Part shown: one piece after another, positions 40,708 through 52,502 of the stretch
How the letters are laid out: every line of letters begins with the position of its first letter
How positions within the stretch are numbered: position 1 is the stretch's first letter
Assembly: GCA_012519925.1 (NCBI GenBank)
Contig: JAAYPF010000007.1
Span: 16,232-80,231 of the forward strand
DNA: 64,000 bases
Direction: 5' to 3'
Source: Clostridiaceae bacterium
GTDB taxonomy: Bacteria > Bacillota > Clostridia > Acetivibrionales > Acetivibrionaceae
Made by a program: the position numbers and the translations under genes
Notes under the pieces: generated by a model
Seen by the model: the letters and a program-made list of their open reading frames with translations, nothing else
What the model was told of the DNA's origin: nothing
Database searches by the model: none

Positions 40708-42189
40708 ATGGAATTATGCGAACTAACAATTCACGAAATGAATGAATTTATAAAGCACAAAAAGGTAAGTGCTGTTGAGATTACAAAATCCTTCTTAAGA
40801 AGAATTGAAAAAATAGATTTTACAATCGGAAGTTATTTATCCGTCTTAGGTGAAGATGCCGTCAAAAGAGCTGTAGAAGTCCAGAAAAGAATTGATAAAG
40901 GTGAAGTGAATTCTTATCTATCAGGAATACCCGTTGCCATAAAAGACAATATTTGTACAGAAGGAATAAAGACAACTTGTGCATCAAAAATGCTGCAAAA
41001 TTTTGTACCGCCCTACAATGCTACTGTAATAAAAAAGCTTTTAGAAGAAGATGCTGTCATTATTGGAAAGCTAAATATGGACGAGTTTGCAATGGGAAGT
41101 TCTACAGAAAATTCATATTTCAAATTAACTAAAAATCCTTGGGATATAGATAGGGTTCCCGGAGGGTCAAGTGGAGGTGCAGCCGCAGCAGTGGCAGCAA
41201 ATCTTACAGCATTTGCAATAGGGTCTGATACTGGTGGTTCTATAAGACAACCTGCATCGTTTTGTGGAGTTGTTGGCATGAAGCCTACATACGGGGTGGT
41301 TTCACGGTTTGGATTGATTGCTTTTGCCTCATCTCTTGATCAAATTGGACCTTTGACAAAGGATGTCACAGATTGTGCTATTGTATTAAACAGCATAACG
41401 GGATATGACCCAATGGATTCAACTTCTTTGAATTTTAAATATCCTGACTATACTAAAGCTCTTGTTAATGATGTAAAAGGATTAAAAGTTGGAATACCTA
41501 AAGAATATATGGGAAATGGCTTAGATTCTGAAGTGAAAACGGCTGTTTTAGAGGCAGTAAAGGTGTTAAAACAGCTTGGTGCACAATGCGAGGAATTTTC
41601 GTTTTCTCTTACCGAGCATGCTATTGCAGCATACTATATTATTTCATCGGCTGAAGGAAGCTCAAACCTTGCAAGATATGACGGAGTAAAATACGGTTAT
41701 AGAGCAGAGAAGTTTTCCGATCTTTTGGATTTATACAAGAAGTCTAGAAGTGAAGGTTTTGGTACAGAGGCTAAAAGGAGAATATTGCTTGGAACCTATG
41801 TATTAAGTTCTGGTTATTATGATGAATACTATAAAAAAGCATTACAGGTTAGGACATTAATAAAAAATGAATTTGATGAGGCTTTTGAAAAATATGATGT
41901 AGTTTTGGGTCCGGCTGCCCCTACAACAGCATATAAGTTTGGTGAAAATGCGGATAATCCTCTTGGGATGTATCTTGGAGATATATATACTGTTTCTGCT
42001 AATTTGGCAGGACTACCTGGATTGGTTGTACCTTGTGGATTTGACAGTAAAGGGCTCCCTATAGGTCTTCAGCTTGTAAGCAAACCTTTTGGTGAAAGCA
42101 CTTTACTTAAGGTGGGTTTTAGTTTTGAACAGAACACCGACCATAATAAAAAGGCGAGGATTAGAGGTGAATTGGAATATGGAATATGA
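40708..42189 (+). CDS. gatA: Asp/Glu-tRNA amidotransferase subunit A
   Basis: [49 protein letters not shown]. Confidence 0.97.
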   Translation: MELCELTIHEMNEFIKHKKVSAVEITKSFLRRIEKIDFTIGSYLSVLGEDAVKRAVEVQKRIDKGEVNSYLSGIPVAIKDNICTEGIKTTCASKMLQNFVPPYNATVIKKLLEEDAVIIGKLNMDEFAMGSSTENSYFKLTKNPWDIDRVPGGSSGGAAAAVAANLTAFAIGSDTGGSIRQPASFCGVVGMKPTYGVVSRFGLIAFASSLDQIGPLTKDVTDCAIVLNSITGYDPMDSTSLNFKYPDYTKALVNDVKGLKVGIPKEYMGNGLDSEVKTAVLEAVKVLKQLGAQCEEFSFSLTEHAIAAYYIISSAEGSSNLARYDGVKYGYRAEKFSDLLDLYKKSRSEGFGTEAKRRILLGTYVLSSGYYDEYYKKALQVRTLIKNEFDEAFEKYDVVLGPAAPTTAYKFGENADNPLGMYLGDIYTVSANLAGLPGLVVPCGFDSKGLPIGLQLVSKPFGESTLLKVGFSFEQNTDHNKKARIRGELEYGI

Positions 42190-43609
42190 AGTAGTTATAG
42201 GTCTTGAAGTTCATGCTGAACTTTCAACAAAGTCAAAAATATACTGTTCTTGTACAACAGAATTCGGAGGAGAGCCAAATACTCATGCCTGCCCTATTTG
42301 TATAGGTATGCCAGGAGTGCTTCCGGTTTTAAACAAAAAGGTTGTGGAATATGCAGTGAGAACTGGACTTGCTACTAATTGCCATATCGCACAGTTCAGT
42401 AAGCAAGATCGAAAGAATTATTTTTATCCTGATTTGCCGAAAGCTTTCCAGACTTCGCAATACGATATTCCAATATGTTCTAGTGGTCATATAGATATAG
42501 AAGTTGAAGGCAGGACAAAAAGAATTGGTATTACTAGGATTCACATAGAAGAAGATGCAGGAAAACTAATACACGATGATCAACAATCTGCTTCTCTTAT
42601 AGATTTTAACAGATGTGGAGTTCCTCTTATAGAAATTGTTTCTGAGCCAGATATGAGAAGTGCTCAAGAGGTTATAGCATATCTTGAAAGCCTTAAGGCA
42701 ATACTTGAGTACATTGATGTATGTAATTGCAAAATGCAGGAAGGCTCATTGAGAGCTGACGTGAACCTTTCGGTAAGGCCAATCGGACAAAAGGAATTTG
42801 GTACAAGAACTGAGATGAAAAATTTGAATTCCTTTAAAGCCATTGTTAGAGCTATTGAGGGGGAAACAAAGAGACAGATAGAGGCTATTGAAGGCGGAGC
42901 TGATGTTTTACAGGAAACACGGCGTTGGGATGATGTTAAGGGCATCAGTTACTCAATGAGGAGTAAAGAAGAAGCCCATGATTACAGATTTTTTCCAGAA
43001 CCTGATCTTATGCCTATAGTAATTGATGATAAGTGGAAGCAGGAGATTGAAGAAAGCTTACCAGAACTGCCGGAAGTTAGAAAAAAGCGTTATATAAGTG
43101 AGTTTGGACTTCCTAATTATGATGCATCTATACTTACAGGTTCAAAGGTGCTTGCCGACTTTTTTGAAGAGGCTGTGAAGAAATTCGAAAATAAAAAGGC
43201 TGTTGCCAACTGGATAATGGGTGATCTATTAAGGTTGCTTAAAGAGAAGGAGATGGAAGTGGAAAAAATCCCCTTTCCTGCCGAATACATTTCGAAGCTT
43301 GTTATGCTAATTGATAAGGGAACAATAAGTGGTACTATAGCAAAGAAAGTATTTGAAAAGATGTTTGACCAGAATAGAGATCCTGAAATCATTGTAAAGG
43401 AAGAAGGATTAGAAGTACTAAGTGATGAAAACACATTAGTGGTAGTTGTCAAAAAGGTACTTCAAAGTAATTCTCCATCGGTAGAAGATTATAGAAAGGG
43501 GAAGCAAAGAGCTTTCGGTTTTTTAGTTGGACAAGTGATGAAGGAAACAAAAGGTAAGGCTAATCCTAAGATAGTAAATAGAATATTGAAGGAAGAATTG
43601 GAAAAATAG
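42179..43609 (+). CDS. gatB: Asp/Glu-tRNA amidotransferase subunit B (ATG 42179)
   Basis: [59 protein letters not shown]. Confidence 0.97.
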   Translation: MEYEVVIGLEVHAELSTKSKIYCSCTTEFGGEPNTHACPICIGMPGVLPVLNKKVVEYAVRTGLATNCHIAQFSKQDRKNYFYPDLPKAFQTSQYDIPICSSGHIDIEVEGRTKRIGITRIHIEEDAGKLIHDDQQSASLIDFNRCGVPLIEIVSEPDMRSAQEVIAYLESLKAILEYIDVCNCKMQEGSLRADVNLSVRPIGQKEFGTRTEMKNLNSFKAIVRAIEGETKRQIEAIEGGADVLQETRRWDDVKGISYSMRSKEEAHDYRFFPEPDLMPIVIDDKWKQEIEESLPELPEVRKKRYISEFGLPNYDASILTGSKVLADFFEEAVKKFENKKAVANWIMGDLLRLLKEKEMEVEKIPFPAEYISKLVMLIDKGTISGTIAKKVFEKMFDQNRDPEIIVKEEGLEVLSDENTLVVVVKKVLQSNSPSVEDYRKGKQRAFGFLVGQVMKETKGKANPKIVNRILKEELEK

Positions 43610-43613
43610 TAAT

Positions 43614-43640
43614 AATGCGGCTGAAATAGGCTGCATTTTT
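43614..43640 (+). terminator. gatB terminator
   Basis: AATGCGGC / GCTGCATT stem plus T tract. Confidence 0.7.
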
Positions 43641-44000
43641 GTGTTCGGAGAAATTTTTACTTTTTCAAGATTAAGCTAAAGATTTGGACTTAACCTAAGC
43701 TTAATTGTGAAAAAAAGAAAAAATGATGGAACTCAATCTTGTATACAATAAACATTTTGTATATAATTAATACTTGGTAGAATAATGGTTTCAAGGTATC
43801 TGATACTATTACCTGGTGATAATTATCCGTTGATTTTTTCACACAACTGGTGATTAGAACTATTATTGTTTTAATGTAATATTGGTTGAAAAATGCAGTA
43901 TGCATTCAATAATATGTATTAATAAATTTGTGCATATTAATATCAAATAGTAACAGTTAAGGTAGAGTTGTATCGAAGTCAACTATAGTGATTTTCTTGA

Positions 44001-44134
44001 AGTATAGGAATTTATAAAAACACTAGTTTTTGTAAATTCCTATACTGGGGATTGACAAGAGGATTCACTTGTCCGTTTTAAGGAGGGTACACCGGATGCG
44101 AAGCATCCGTCGAAGGGAACCATAGGGTTCCCTA
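44001..44134. other. Four-hairpin element upstream of pta
   Basis: 21-bp stem 44001-44046; GACAAG/CTTGTC; CGGATGC-GAA-GCATCCG; AGGGAACC/GGTTCCCT. Confidence 0.6.
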
Positions 44135-44185
44135 GTGAACAAGAAAAGTCATGAGCGAATCGAATTTTCTTGATTGAATAAATAG

Positions 44186-45196
<1,011 letters not shown>

Positions 45197-45296
45197 AGAT
45201 AAAGCTTAAGAAGTAATAATAGATTTTTAAATTAATGAAAAATATTAAAGGGATTGAAAATATTTCACTCTCAAATATAGAATAGGAGATGTTACA

Positions 45297-46490
45297 ATGA
45301 AAGTATTAGTTATTAATACAGGTAGTTCCTCTTTAAAATATCAGCTTATTGATATGACAAATGAAAGTGTTCTTGCAAAGGGTGTGTGCGATAGAATTGG
45401 TCTTGAGCAGTCTTTCTTAAAACATTCAAAAATTGGAAGTGACACTGTTATTATTGAGAAGGATTTGTATAATCACAAAGTTGCTGTACAGGAGGTGCTA
45501 AGTGCTCTTACTGATAGTAAGACCGGTGTTATAGCTAGTATGTCCGAGATAGGAGCAGTTGGGCATCGTATTGTTCATGGAGGAGAAAAATTTAAAGATT
45601 CGGTTATAATAGATATTAACGTTATGAATGCGATTAAGGAGTGTATCGAACTTGCACCCTTGCATAACCCATCAAATATAATAGGAATTGAAGCATGTCA
45701 ACAAATTATGCCTGATATACCGATGGTAGCTGTATTCGATACTGCATTTCATCAAACGATGCCAGCTCATGCATACATATATGCTCTTCCTTATGAAATA
45801 TATGAAAAGTATCGTTTGAGAAAATATGGATTTCATGGCACTTCACATAAATATGTAGCTAATAAAGCTGCTGAAATGTTAGGAAGACCTATAGAAGAGT
45901 TGAAAATAGTTACTTGCCATTTAGGAAATGGTGCTAGTATATGTGCAGTTAAGAACGGAAAGTCCATAGAAACATCAATGGGATTCACCCCACTTCAAGG
46001 TCTTGCTATGGGTACAAGAAGTGGAACTATAGACCCAGCTGTTATATCCTTTTTAATGGACAAGGAAAAAATGACTGTTAAGGATGTAAGTGATTTCCTA
46101 AACAAGAAGTCTGGAGTTCTTGGAGTTTCAGGTGTAAGTAGTGACTTCAGAGATGTTCAGGAAGCAGCTGAAAATGGAAATAATAGAGCGATACTAGCAT
46201 TGGATATCTTCTGTTATAAAGTAAAACGCTTTATCGGTGATTATATAGGCATAATGAATGGTGCAGATGCTGTTGTATTTACTGCCGGAATTGGCGAAAA
46301 TAATGACTTGGTAAGAAGTAAGATACTAAAAGATTTGGATTTCTTAGGAATTGAAGTGGATATGGAAAAGAATAAAGTGATAGGTAAAGAAATAGACATA
46401 AGTGCACCGGGTTCAAGAGTTAAAACCATTGTTATACCGACAAATGAAGAGCTTGCAATTGCAAGGGAAACTCAAAAATTGTTAAAATAG
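45297..46490 (+). CDS. ackA: Acetate kinase
   Basis: [61 protein letters not shown]. Confidence 0.98.
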   Translation: MKVLVINTGSSSLKYQLIDMTNESVLAKGVCDRIGLEQSFLKHSKIGSDTVIIEKDLYNHKVAVQEVLSALTDSKTGVIASMSEIGAVGHRIVHGGEKFKDSVIIDINVMNAIKECIELAPLHNPSNIIGIEACQQIMPDIPMVAVFDTAFHQTMPAHAYIYALPYEIYEKYRLRKYGFHGTSHKYVANKAAEMLGRPIEELKIVTCHLGNGASICAVKNGKSIETSMGFTPLQGLAMGTRSGTIDPAVISFLMDKEKMTVKDVSDFLNKKSGVLGVSGVSSDFRDVQEAAENGNNRAILALDIFCYKVKRFIGDYIGIMNGADAVVFTAGIGENNDLVRSKILKDLDFLGIEVDMEKNKVIGKEIDISAPGSRVKTIVIPTNEELAIARETQKLLK

Positions 46491-46609
46491 TTTTTCTTTA
46501 AATAAAGAAAATTTCCTTATAGAAGCGTTGTTTTCCTATTGACTAATATTAATGGAAAGCTAAAAAATGATTAAGCATTGAAGCTAAGAAAATTCCTTAT
46601 GTGTCGTTA

Positions 46610-46638
46610 TTGACAAAAGTTTCATTACTTAGTATAAT
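46610..46638 (+). promoter_or_regulatory. Consensus sigma-A promoter of yceD-rpmF
   Basis: TTGACA-17 nt-TATAAT. Confidence 0.85.
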
Positions 46639-46666
46639 ATTTTCTGTCGGTTTAAGAGGTGAGTAT

Positions 46667-47164
46667 ATGAAGGTTGATATATCGGATATACTTAAGGTTA
46701 ACGGTGCATCACTTGATGTTGATAGGGAAGAAGTTCTCAAAGGTTTTGATGAGTTAGAGGATGACTTTGTTATTGACATGCCGGTTAAGTTAAAGTGCAG
46801 ATTTACAAATATGGGCGACATTGTAAAAATGGACGGACGTTTAAAAGTTGATTACTTAGTTAAATGTTCAAGATGTTTAAAAGATGTTCGGTCATCTTTA
46901 GAAGTAGACCTTGAGGAAGAATTCGCTCGTGAGGGACAAATCGAGGATGAGGACTGTTATGTATATAGCGATAAAGTCGTCTTACTTGATAAAGTATTAA
47001 AAGATAATATAATTTTAAATCTGCCTACAAGGCATATGTGTAGAGTTGACTGCAAAGGGTTATGTCCTAAGTGCGGTGCTGAACTTAATACAAAGAGATG
47101 CAGTTGTAACGAAGAGGAAATGGACCCTCGTATGGAAGCTCTTAAGAATTTCTTCAATAAATAG
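46667..47164 (+). CDS. yceD: DUF177/YceD family protein (ATG 46667)
   Basis: CSRCL, CRVDCKGLCPKCG, DPRMEALK; directly upstream of rpmF. Confidence 0.9.
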   Translation: MKVDISDILKVNGASLDVDREEVLKGFDELEDDFVIDMPVKLKCRFTNMGDIVKMDGRLKVDYLVKCSRCLKDVRSSLEVDLEEEFAREGQIEDEDCYVYSDKVVLLDKVLKDNIILNLPTRHMCRVDCKGLCPKCGAELNTKRCSCNEEEMDPRMEALKNFFNK

Positions 47165-47222
47165 AAATTACTTAATTTATATACAAGTGACGTTTGTATA
47201 ATGATGAGGAGGTGTGTTATAC

Positions 47223-47402
47223 ATGGCAGTTCCAAAGCGTAAATGGTCAAAAGCAAGAACTGGTAGCAGAAGGGCTAACTGGAAGTTATCAGCACCTAAT
47301 TTAGTTGAGTGTTCACATTGCCACGCTCTTAAGATGCCACATAGAGTTTGTAAACAATGCGGTTTTTATGATGGTAAAGATGTAGTTCAAGTTGGATCTT
47401 AA
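47223..47402 (+). CDS. rpmF: 50S ribosomal protein L32
   Basis: MAVPKRKWSKAR...CSHC...PHRVCKQCGFYDG. Confidence 0.97.
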   Translation: MAVPKRKWSKARTGSRRANWKLSAPNLVECSHCHALKMPHRVCKQCGFYDGKDVVQVGS

Positions 47403-47408
47403 TAAATT

Positions 47409-47448
47409 TTAGTAAAAAGCAGCAGTGTACACTGCTGCTTTTTACTAA
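47409..47448. terminator. rpmF terminator (perfect 40-nt palindrome)
   Basis: TTAGTAAAAAGCAGCAGTGT / ACACTGCTGCTTTTTACTAA. Confidence 0.88.
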
Positions 47449-47583
47449 TTGTAAATTGCGTTTTAATACATTTTTATAGTGATGCTAAAATTTTAGCACA
47501 ATAAGGTCTGACACTATGGAATTTTCCGACAGACCTTTTAATATATAAATATGTTACAGTATGTTTAAATCTGGAGGTACCCT

Positions 47584-48975
47584 TTGAAAGAACAAGTTAT
47601 TCCTATTAAAAGTGTTTTGCCTGGAAGCATAGCCGAAGAGGGTGGAATCGAAGCAGGTGACGCAATCTTAAGTGTTAACGGTGAAAAAATCAGAGACATT
47701 TTTGATTATCGGTTTTTAATTACCAATGAAAATTTGGTGCTTGAGATTCTTAAGCAAGATGGTGAATTGTGGGAAATAGAAATTGAGAAAGAAGAATATG
47801 AAGACCTTGGACTTGAATTTGAAAGTTTGATGATAGATGATGCAAAAAGCTGTAAAAATAAATGCGTTTTCTGTTTTATAGATCAGCTGCCTAAGGGTAT
47901 GCGCGACACACTCTATTTTAAAGATGATGATTCGAGACTTTCTTTTTTTATGGGAAATTATATTACCCTTACCAATATGACCTTTGAAGATATAAACAGA
48001 ATAATTAAATATAAAATGTCTCCTATTAACGTGTCTGTTCATACTACCAATCCGGATCTGAGAGTATTTATGCTTAAAAATAAAAACGCAGGTGATGTCG
48101 TAGAAAAGATACAGAAGCTTATTGATGGGGGAATTGAAGTTAACTGTCAAATAGTTTTGTGTAGAGAAATAAATGATGAAAAAGAGTTAGAAAGGTCTTT
48201 GAAAGAACTAGGCGAGCTCTACCCAGGGGTCAAAAGTGTTTCTGTAGTTCCTGTAGGTATTACAAAGTATAGAGAGGGTTTATGTTACTTAAAACCTTAC
48301 GATATGGAAGCGTCTGCTAAAGTAATAAAACAGATAGAGAGTTGGCAGAAAAAGTTTTTGGATAAGTTCGGCAAAAGAGTGGTATATATTGCCGATGAAT
48401 TTTATATTATGGCAGAAGAAAATATACCTGCTTATGAGGCATATGAAGATTTTCCGCAGATTGAGAATGGAGTTGGTCTCATTGCCCAATTCAAACAAGA
48501 GTTTATGGAGTATTTAGAACAACTCGAACACCGTTCTTTTGAACAAGAAAACAAACTTGAACAAGAAAACAAACTTAAATTAAAGGGATCGAAGGATACT
48601 CAAAAATTTGAGCTTAGAAATATAAGTATAGCCACCGGAGTTTCTTCTTATTTACATATAAGGGAGATGGCAGAAAAACTTCAACAGAAATATAATCACT
48701 TAAATATAAAAATTTATAAGATAGAAAACCACTTTTTTGGGGAAAATGTTACAGTAACAGGATTACTTACAGGTCAGGATATACTAGAACAGTTGAAAGG
48801 CAAAGACCTTGGAGAGGAGTTACTTCTTTCTAGATCTATGTTAAGATCCGGTGAAGAAGTTTTGCTTGATGATTATACCATAAAAGATATAGAACAAAAA
48901 CTGAAGATTAATGTTAGTATTGTTGATAATAGCGGCAAAGATTTTATTGTAAAAGTACTTGGAAAAGAATTATAA
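47584..48975 (+). CDS. DUF512 family PDZ/radical-SAM-like Fe-S protein
   Basis: N-terminal PDZ-like segment, CKNKCVFC, DQLPKGMR..LYFKDDD.RLSF, QIENGVG, VTVTGLL. Confidence 0.88.
   Translation: MKEQVIPIKSVLPGSIAEEGGIEAGDAILSVNGEKIRDIFDYRFLITNENLVLEILKQDGELWEIEIEKEEYEDLGLEFESLMIDDAKSCKNKCVFCFIDQLPKGMRDTLYFKDDDSRLSFFMGNYITLTNMTFEDINRIIKYKMSPINVSVHTTNPDLRVFMLKNKNAGDVVEKIQKLIDGGIEVNCQIVLCREINDEKELERSLKELGELYPGVKSVSVVPVGITKYREGLCYLKPYDMEASAKVIKQIESWQKKFLDKFGKRVVYIADEFYIMAEENIPAYEAYEDFPQIENGVGLIAQFKQEFMEYLEQLEHRSFEQENKLEQENKLKLKGSKDTQKFELRNISIATGVSSYLHIREMAEKLQQKYNHLNIKIYKIENHFFGENVTVTGLLTGQDILEQLKGKDLGEELLLSRSMLRSGEEVLLDDYTIKDIEQKLKINVSIVDNSGKDFIVKVLGKEL
48541..48576 (+). repeat. In-frame 18-bp tandem duplication in the DUF512 gene
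   Basis: GAACAAGAAAACAAACTT x2 (EQENKL EQENKL). Confidence 0.9.
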
Positions 48976-49114
48976 TATATTGTGCTGTATGTTTCTAGAA
49001 AAGTGTATTATTTTCTTTTGAGAATTCATGTAGATTTGTATATTGAACTTGTATTTTCAAGGCAAAATAATAATATGAGTTTAATATGGTGATATATAAT
49101 TGGAGGGAAATACT

Positions 49115-50437
49115 TTGTCAAAACCGATTGTTGCAATTGTTGGAAGACCAAATGTTGGAAAGTCCACTTTTTTCAATTACCTTGCAGGGAGAAGAATATC
49201 AATTGTAGAAGATACTCCTGGAGTTACAAGGGATAGAATATATGCTGAGGTTGAGTGGAGGAATAGAAAGTTTACTCTAATAGATACGGGAGGTATAGAA
49301 CCCTACTCAGAGGACAAGATTATGCAGCAGATGAAGAGCCAGGCCGAAATAGCAATTGAAACTGCTGATGTAATTGTATTTATGGTGGATATGAAGGATG
49401 GTCTAACTGCTTCGGACAACGAAGTGGCTACTATGCTTAGAAAGTCTAAAAAACCTATTATTCTTGTAGTAAATAAGGTGGATAGAGTAGGTGAGCTTCC
49501 GGCTGAGGTGTATGAATTTTATAATTTAGGTATAGGAGAATTGATGACAGTTTCTTCTATCCATGGGCTTGGGATGGGAGATTTGCTCGATGAGATTTAT
49601 AAGCATTTTCCTGATGAAGATCATGAAGAATACGATGAGGAAGTAATAAAGGTAGCCGTTATTGGTAAGCCTAATTCTGGTAAATCTTCACTCATAAATA
49701 AGGTTTTAGGAGAAGAGAGAGTTATTGTGAGTGATATACCTGGTACTACAAGGGATGCTATAGATACCTATGTTGATAATGAGGAAGGTAAATTTGTCTT
49801 TATCGATACTGCAGGTATCAGAAGGCAGAACAAGATTTATGAAAACATTGAAAGATATAGCACTATAAGATCTTGGGCTGCCATTGAAAGGGCAGATGTA
49901 TGTCTTATAATGATAGATGCTGTAGAAGGTGTTACTGAGCAGGATACAAAGATTGCCGGTTATGCTCATGAACAGGGAAAAGCTTCAATTGTTGTTGTAA
50001 ACAAGTGGGATTTGGTCGAAAAAGATACCGGTACATTAGAAGAGTATCATAAAACGGTGCTTGAAAAACTGGGTTTTATGTTATATGCTCCTGTTTTATT
50101 CATATCCGCGAAAACCGGGCAAAGAGTTAATAGAATTTATGAGCTTATTAAGTATGTTGCGAATCAGGCTGCACTTAGAATTTCGACAGGAGTTCTGAAC
50201 GATTTACTTAATGAAGCTACTGCAATGGTTCAGCCACCATCGGATAAAGGAAAAAGACTTAAAATTTACTATATGACGCAGGCAAGTGTAAAACCACCAG
50301 TTTTCGTACTATTTATAAACAGTATGGAACTTATGCATTATTCCTATGAACGTTATTTGGAAAATCAACTTAGAAAAAGTTTTGGATTTGAAGGAACACC
50401 AATAAAATTCATACTCAGAGAGAAGGACAGGGAGTGA
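49115..50437 (+). CDS. der: Ribosome biogenesis GTPase Der/EngA (TTG start)
   Basis: Two GTPase domains ([16 protein letters not shown]; [16 protein letters not shown]) and KH-like tail. Confidence 0.98.
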   Translation: MSKPIVAIVGRPNVGKSTFFNYLAGRRISIVEDTPGVTRDRIYAEVEWRNRKFTLIDTGGIEPYSEDKIMQQMKSQAEIAIETADVIVFMVDMKDGLTASDNEVATMLRKSKKPIILVVNKVDRVGELPAEVYEFYNLGIGELMTVSSIHGLGMGDLLDEIYKHFPDEDHEEYDEEVIKVAVIGKPNSGKSSLINKVLGEERVIVSDIPGTTRDAIDTYVDNEEGKFVFIDTAGIRRQNKIYENIERYSTIRSWAAIERADVCLIMIDAVEGVTEQDTKIAGYAHEQGKASIVVVNKWDLVEKDTGTLEEYHKTVLEKLGFMLYAPVLFISAKTGQRVNRIYELIKYVANQAALRISTGVLNDLLNEATAMVQPPSDKGKRLKIYYMTQASVKPPVFVLFINSMELMHYSYERYLENQLRKSFGFEGTPIKFILREKDRE

Positions 50438-51087
50438 TAATAGTGTGGGTTGTTATTAAAATACTTATTGCCATACTAGTAGGTTATTTGTTGGGAAGTG
50501 CTAATACCTCTCTCATTGTTGGTAAATTTTACGGAATTGATGTAAGAAAACATGGAAGCGGAAATGCAGGTTTGACAAATACTCTTAGAACTATAGGCAA
50601 AATAGCAGCACTCCTTGTTATTTTAGGTGACCTATTAAAAGGAGTTCTTTCCTGCCTTATCGGATACTTTATTTTAAAAGATATACAGTCTGTAGAATTT
50701 ATGACTATTGAGACTCCTTCGAATTTAGGTATGTTTTTTGGAGGCCTAGGTGCTATCCTAGGTCATAATTGGCCATTGTATTTCCGTTTTAAAGGGGGCA
50801 AAGGAATACTTACAACATTTTCAGTTGTAATGATGACGGCTCCATACATAGGACTTATCTTGCTTGGAATCTTTATTATTATAGTTGCCATAACTAGATA
50901 TGTTTCTTTAGGATCAATAATAGGTAGTGCATTATTCCCAGTTTTTATAGCGGTTTTTTATAAAAATATACTTTTTATTATTTTTGCACTATTTTTAGCT
51001 GTACTAGCGATAGGAAGACACAATCAAAATATTGTCAGACTGTTAAACGGTACCGAGTCAAAACTTGGTTTAAAAAAGAAAGCTTAA
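50434..51087 (+). CDS. plsY: Glycerol-3-phosphate acyltransferase
   Basis: [43 protein letters not shown]. Confidence 0.95.
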   Translation: MIIVWVVIKILIAILVGYLLGSANTSLIVGKFYGIDVRKHGSGNAGLTNTLRTIGKIAALLVILGDLLKGVLSCLIGYFILKDIQSVEFMTIETPSNLGMFFGGLGAILGHNWPLYFRFKGGKGILTTFSVVMMTAPYIGLILLGIFIIIVAITRYVSLGSIIGSALFPVFIAVFYKNILFIIFALFLAVLAIGRHNQNIVRLLNGTESKLGLKKKA

Positions 51088-51108
51088 TGTTAAGGGGGCT
51101 TAAATACT

Positions 51109-52131
51109 ATGAATAGGAATATTGCAATTATTGGAGCAGGTAGTTGGGGAACAGCACTTTCCATTCTACTTGCGAAGTGTGGACACAAAGTAAAAATGTG
51201 GTCGGTCTTTAAAGATGAAATAGATATGATTAATGGAGCTAGAGAGCATATAGACAAACTTCCTGGAATTAAAATACCTGAAGGAGTTTTTGGAACTACA
51301 GATATTGAACAGGCAATAGATGGAGTTGATGCTATTACGATGGTAGTTCCTTCTCATACCATAAGAGCAAGTGCAAAGCTTATGTCAAAGTATGTAAAGA
51401 ATGGAGTTGTAGTAGTTTCCTGTTCGAAGGGAATAGAGGAAGGCACAGGACTAAGACTTTCGGAAGTCATAAAACAGGAAGTGCCCCAGTGTGAGCCTGT
51501 TGCACTGTCTGGCCCTAGTCATGCGGAAGAGGTAGGTAAAGAGGTTCCCACTGCAGTTGTGGCGGCATCTGAGAATATTAAAGCAGCAGAGTTTGTACAG
51601 GATGTTTTTATGTCTCCAAAGTTTAGAGTTTATACAAATACAGATATAATTGGTGTTGAGCTTGGGGGAGCTTTAAAGAACTCAATAGCTCTTTGTGCAG
51701 GAATATCAGATGGCTTGGGATTTGGTGATAACACAAAAGCTGCTTTGATGACCCGTGGGATTGCAGAAATCACAAGATTAGGAGTATCGATGGGAGCAAG
51801 AAGAGAGACTTTTGCTGGTCTTGCCGGAATTGGGGATTTAATTGTGACTTGCACTAGTATGCACAGCAGGAACAGGCGTGCTGGTATTCTTATAGGACAA
51901 GGTAAATCTCTCAAGGAAGCTGTCGAAGATGTTAAGATGGTAGTAGAAGGAGCCACTACAACAAAGGCAGCTTATGAATTAGCAGCTAAAAAGGAAGTGG
52001 TAATGCCGATTACTGCTGAAGCATATAATGTTTTATTTAAGGGCAAAAATGCAAAACAAGCCGTAGCAGACTTGATGACGCGTGATAAAAAGAATGAAGT
52101 TGAAATACTAGATGAGGGTAGTTGGCTGTAA
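51109..52131 (+). CDS. gpsA: NAD(P)H-dependent glycerol-3-phosphate dehydrogenase
   Basis: GAGSWGTA, SKGIE, SGPSHA, GGALKN, GDLIVTC, SRNRR, VEG. Confidence 0.97.
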   Translation: MNRNIAIIGAGSWGTALSILLAKCGHKVKMWSVFKDEIDMINGAREHIDKLPGIKIPEGVFGTTDIEQAIDGVDAITMVVPSHTIRASAKLMSKYVKNGVVVVSCSKGIEEGTGLRLSEVIKQEVPQCEPVALSGPSHAEEVGKEVPTAVVAASENIKAAEFVQDVFMSPKFRVYTNTDIIGVELGGALKNSIALCAGISDGLGFGDNTKAALMTRGIAEITRLGVSMGARRETFAGLAGIGDLIVTCTSMHSRNRRAGILIGQGKSLKEAVEDVKMVVEGATTTKAAYELAAKKEVVMPITAEAYNVLFKGKNAKQAVADLMTRDKKNEVEILDEGSWL

Positions 52132-52160
52132 AACTTTTCGTAAGGATAATTTGAGTTTTT

Positions 52161-52206
52161 AATATGTGTTGGTAAATAAAAAAGATTACCAACACATATT
52201 TTTTTT
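52161..52206 (+). terminator. gpsA terminator
   Basis: AATATGTGTTGGTAA / TTACCAACACATATT 15-bp stem plus T tract. Confidence 0.88.
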
Positions 52207-52502
52207 GTCCTTTTTGTAATAATAGAACATTCATTACAATATATTTATATTGATAAGGGTACTAGTACTTAAAACTTAAGTTAAACTTTTATAGGGTGAT
52301 TTCAAAAATAGCTTTGCAATTGCTGTTTAAAAAAATCTGTTGTATTGGTCTTTTAATACGTGGAGATTGAATAAGTTATTTTTGAAACGACCTAAACTAA
52401 AGGCAGTATTTTATTAGATATATGATAAACCTTTTAATTTACTGGCTTAAGTTTTGGGTGAATAGTTTTGAAATTGATATTTTCAAATAAAAGTAAGGGG
52501 GG

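Noticed and set aside
43922-43945. Rex operator upstream of pta
   Set aside because: TTGTGCATATTAATATCAA matches only one half of the TTGTGAA-N4-TTCACAA consensus
46506-46601. Direct repeat AAGAAAAT(T)TCCTTAT twice between ackA and yceD
   Set aside because: Short and AT-rich, plausibly chance, with no link to a known operator
52210-52502. Sigma-E promoter for spoIVA (and sigma-G promoter for the SASP gene at 22500-22700)
   Set aside because: Expected biologically, but no confident match could be placed in the AT-rich sequence
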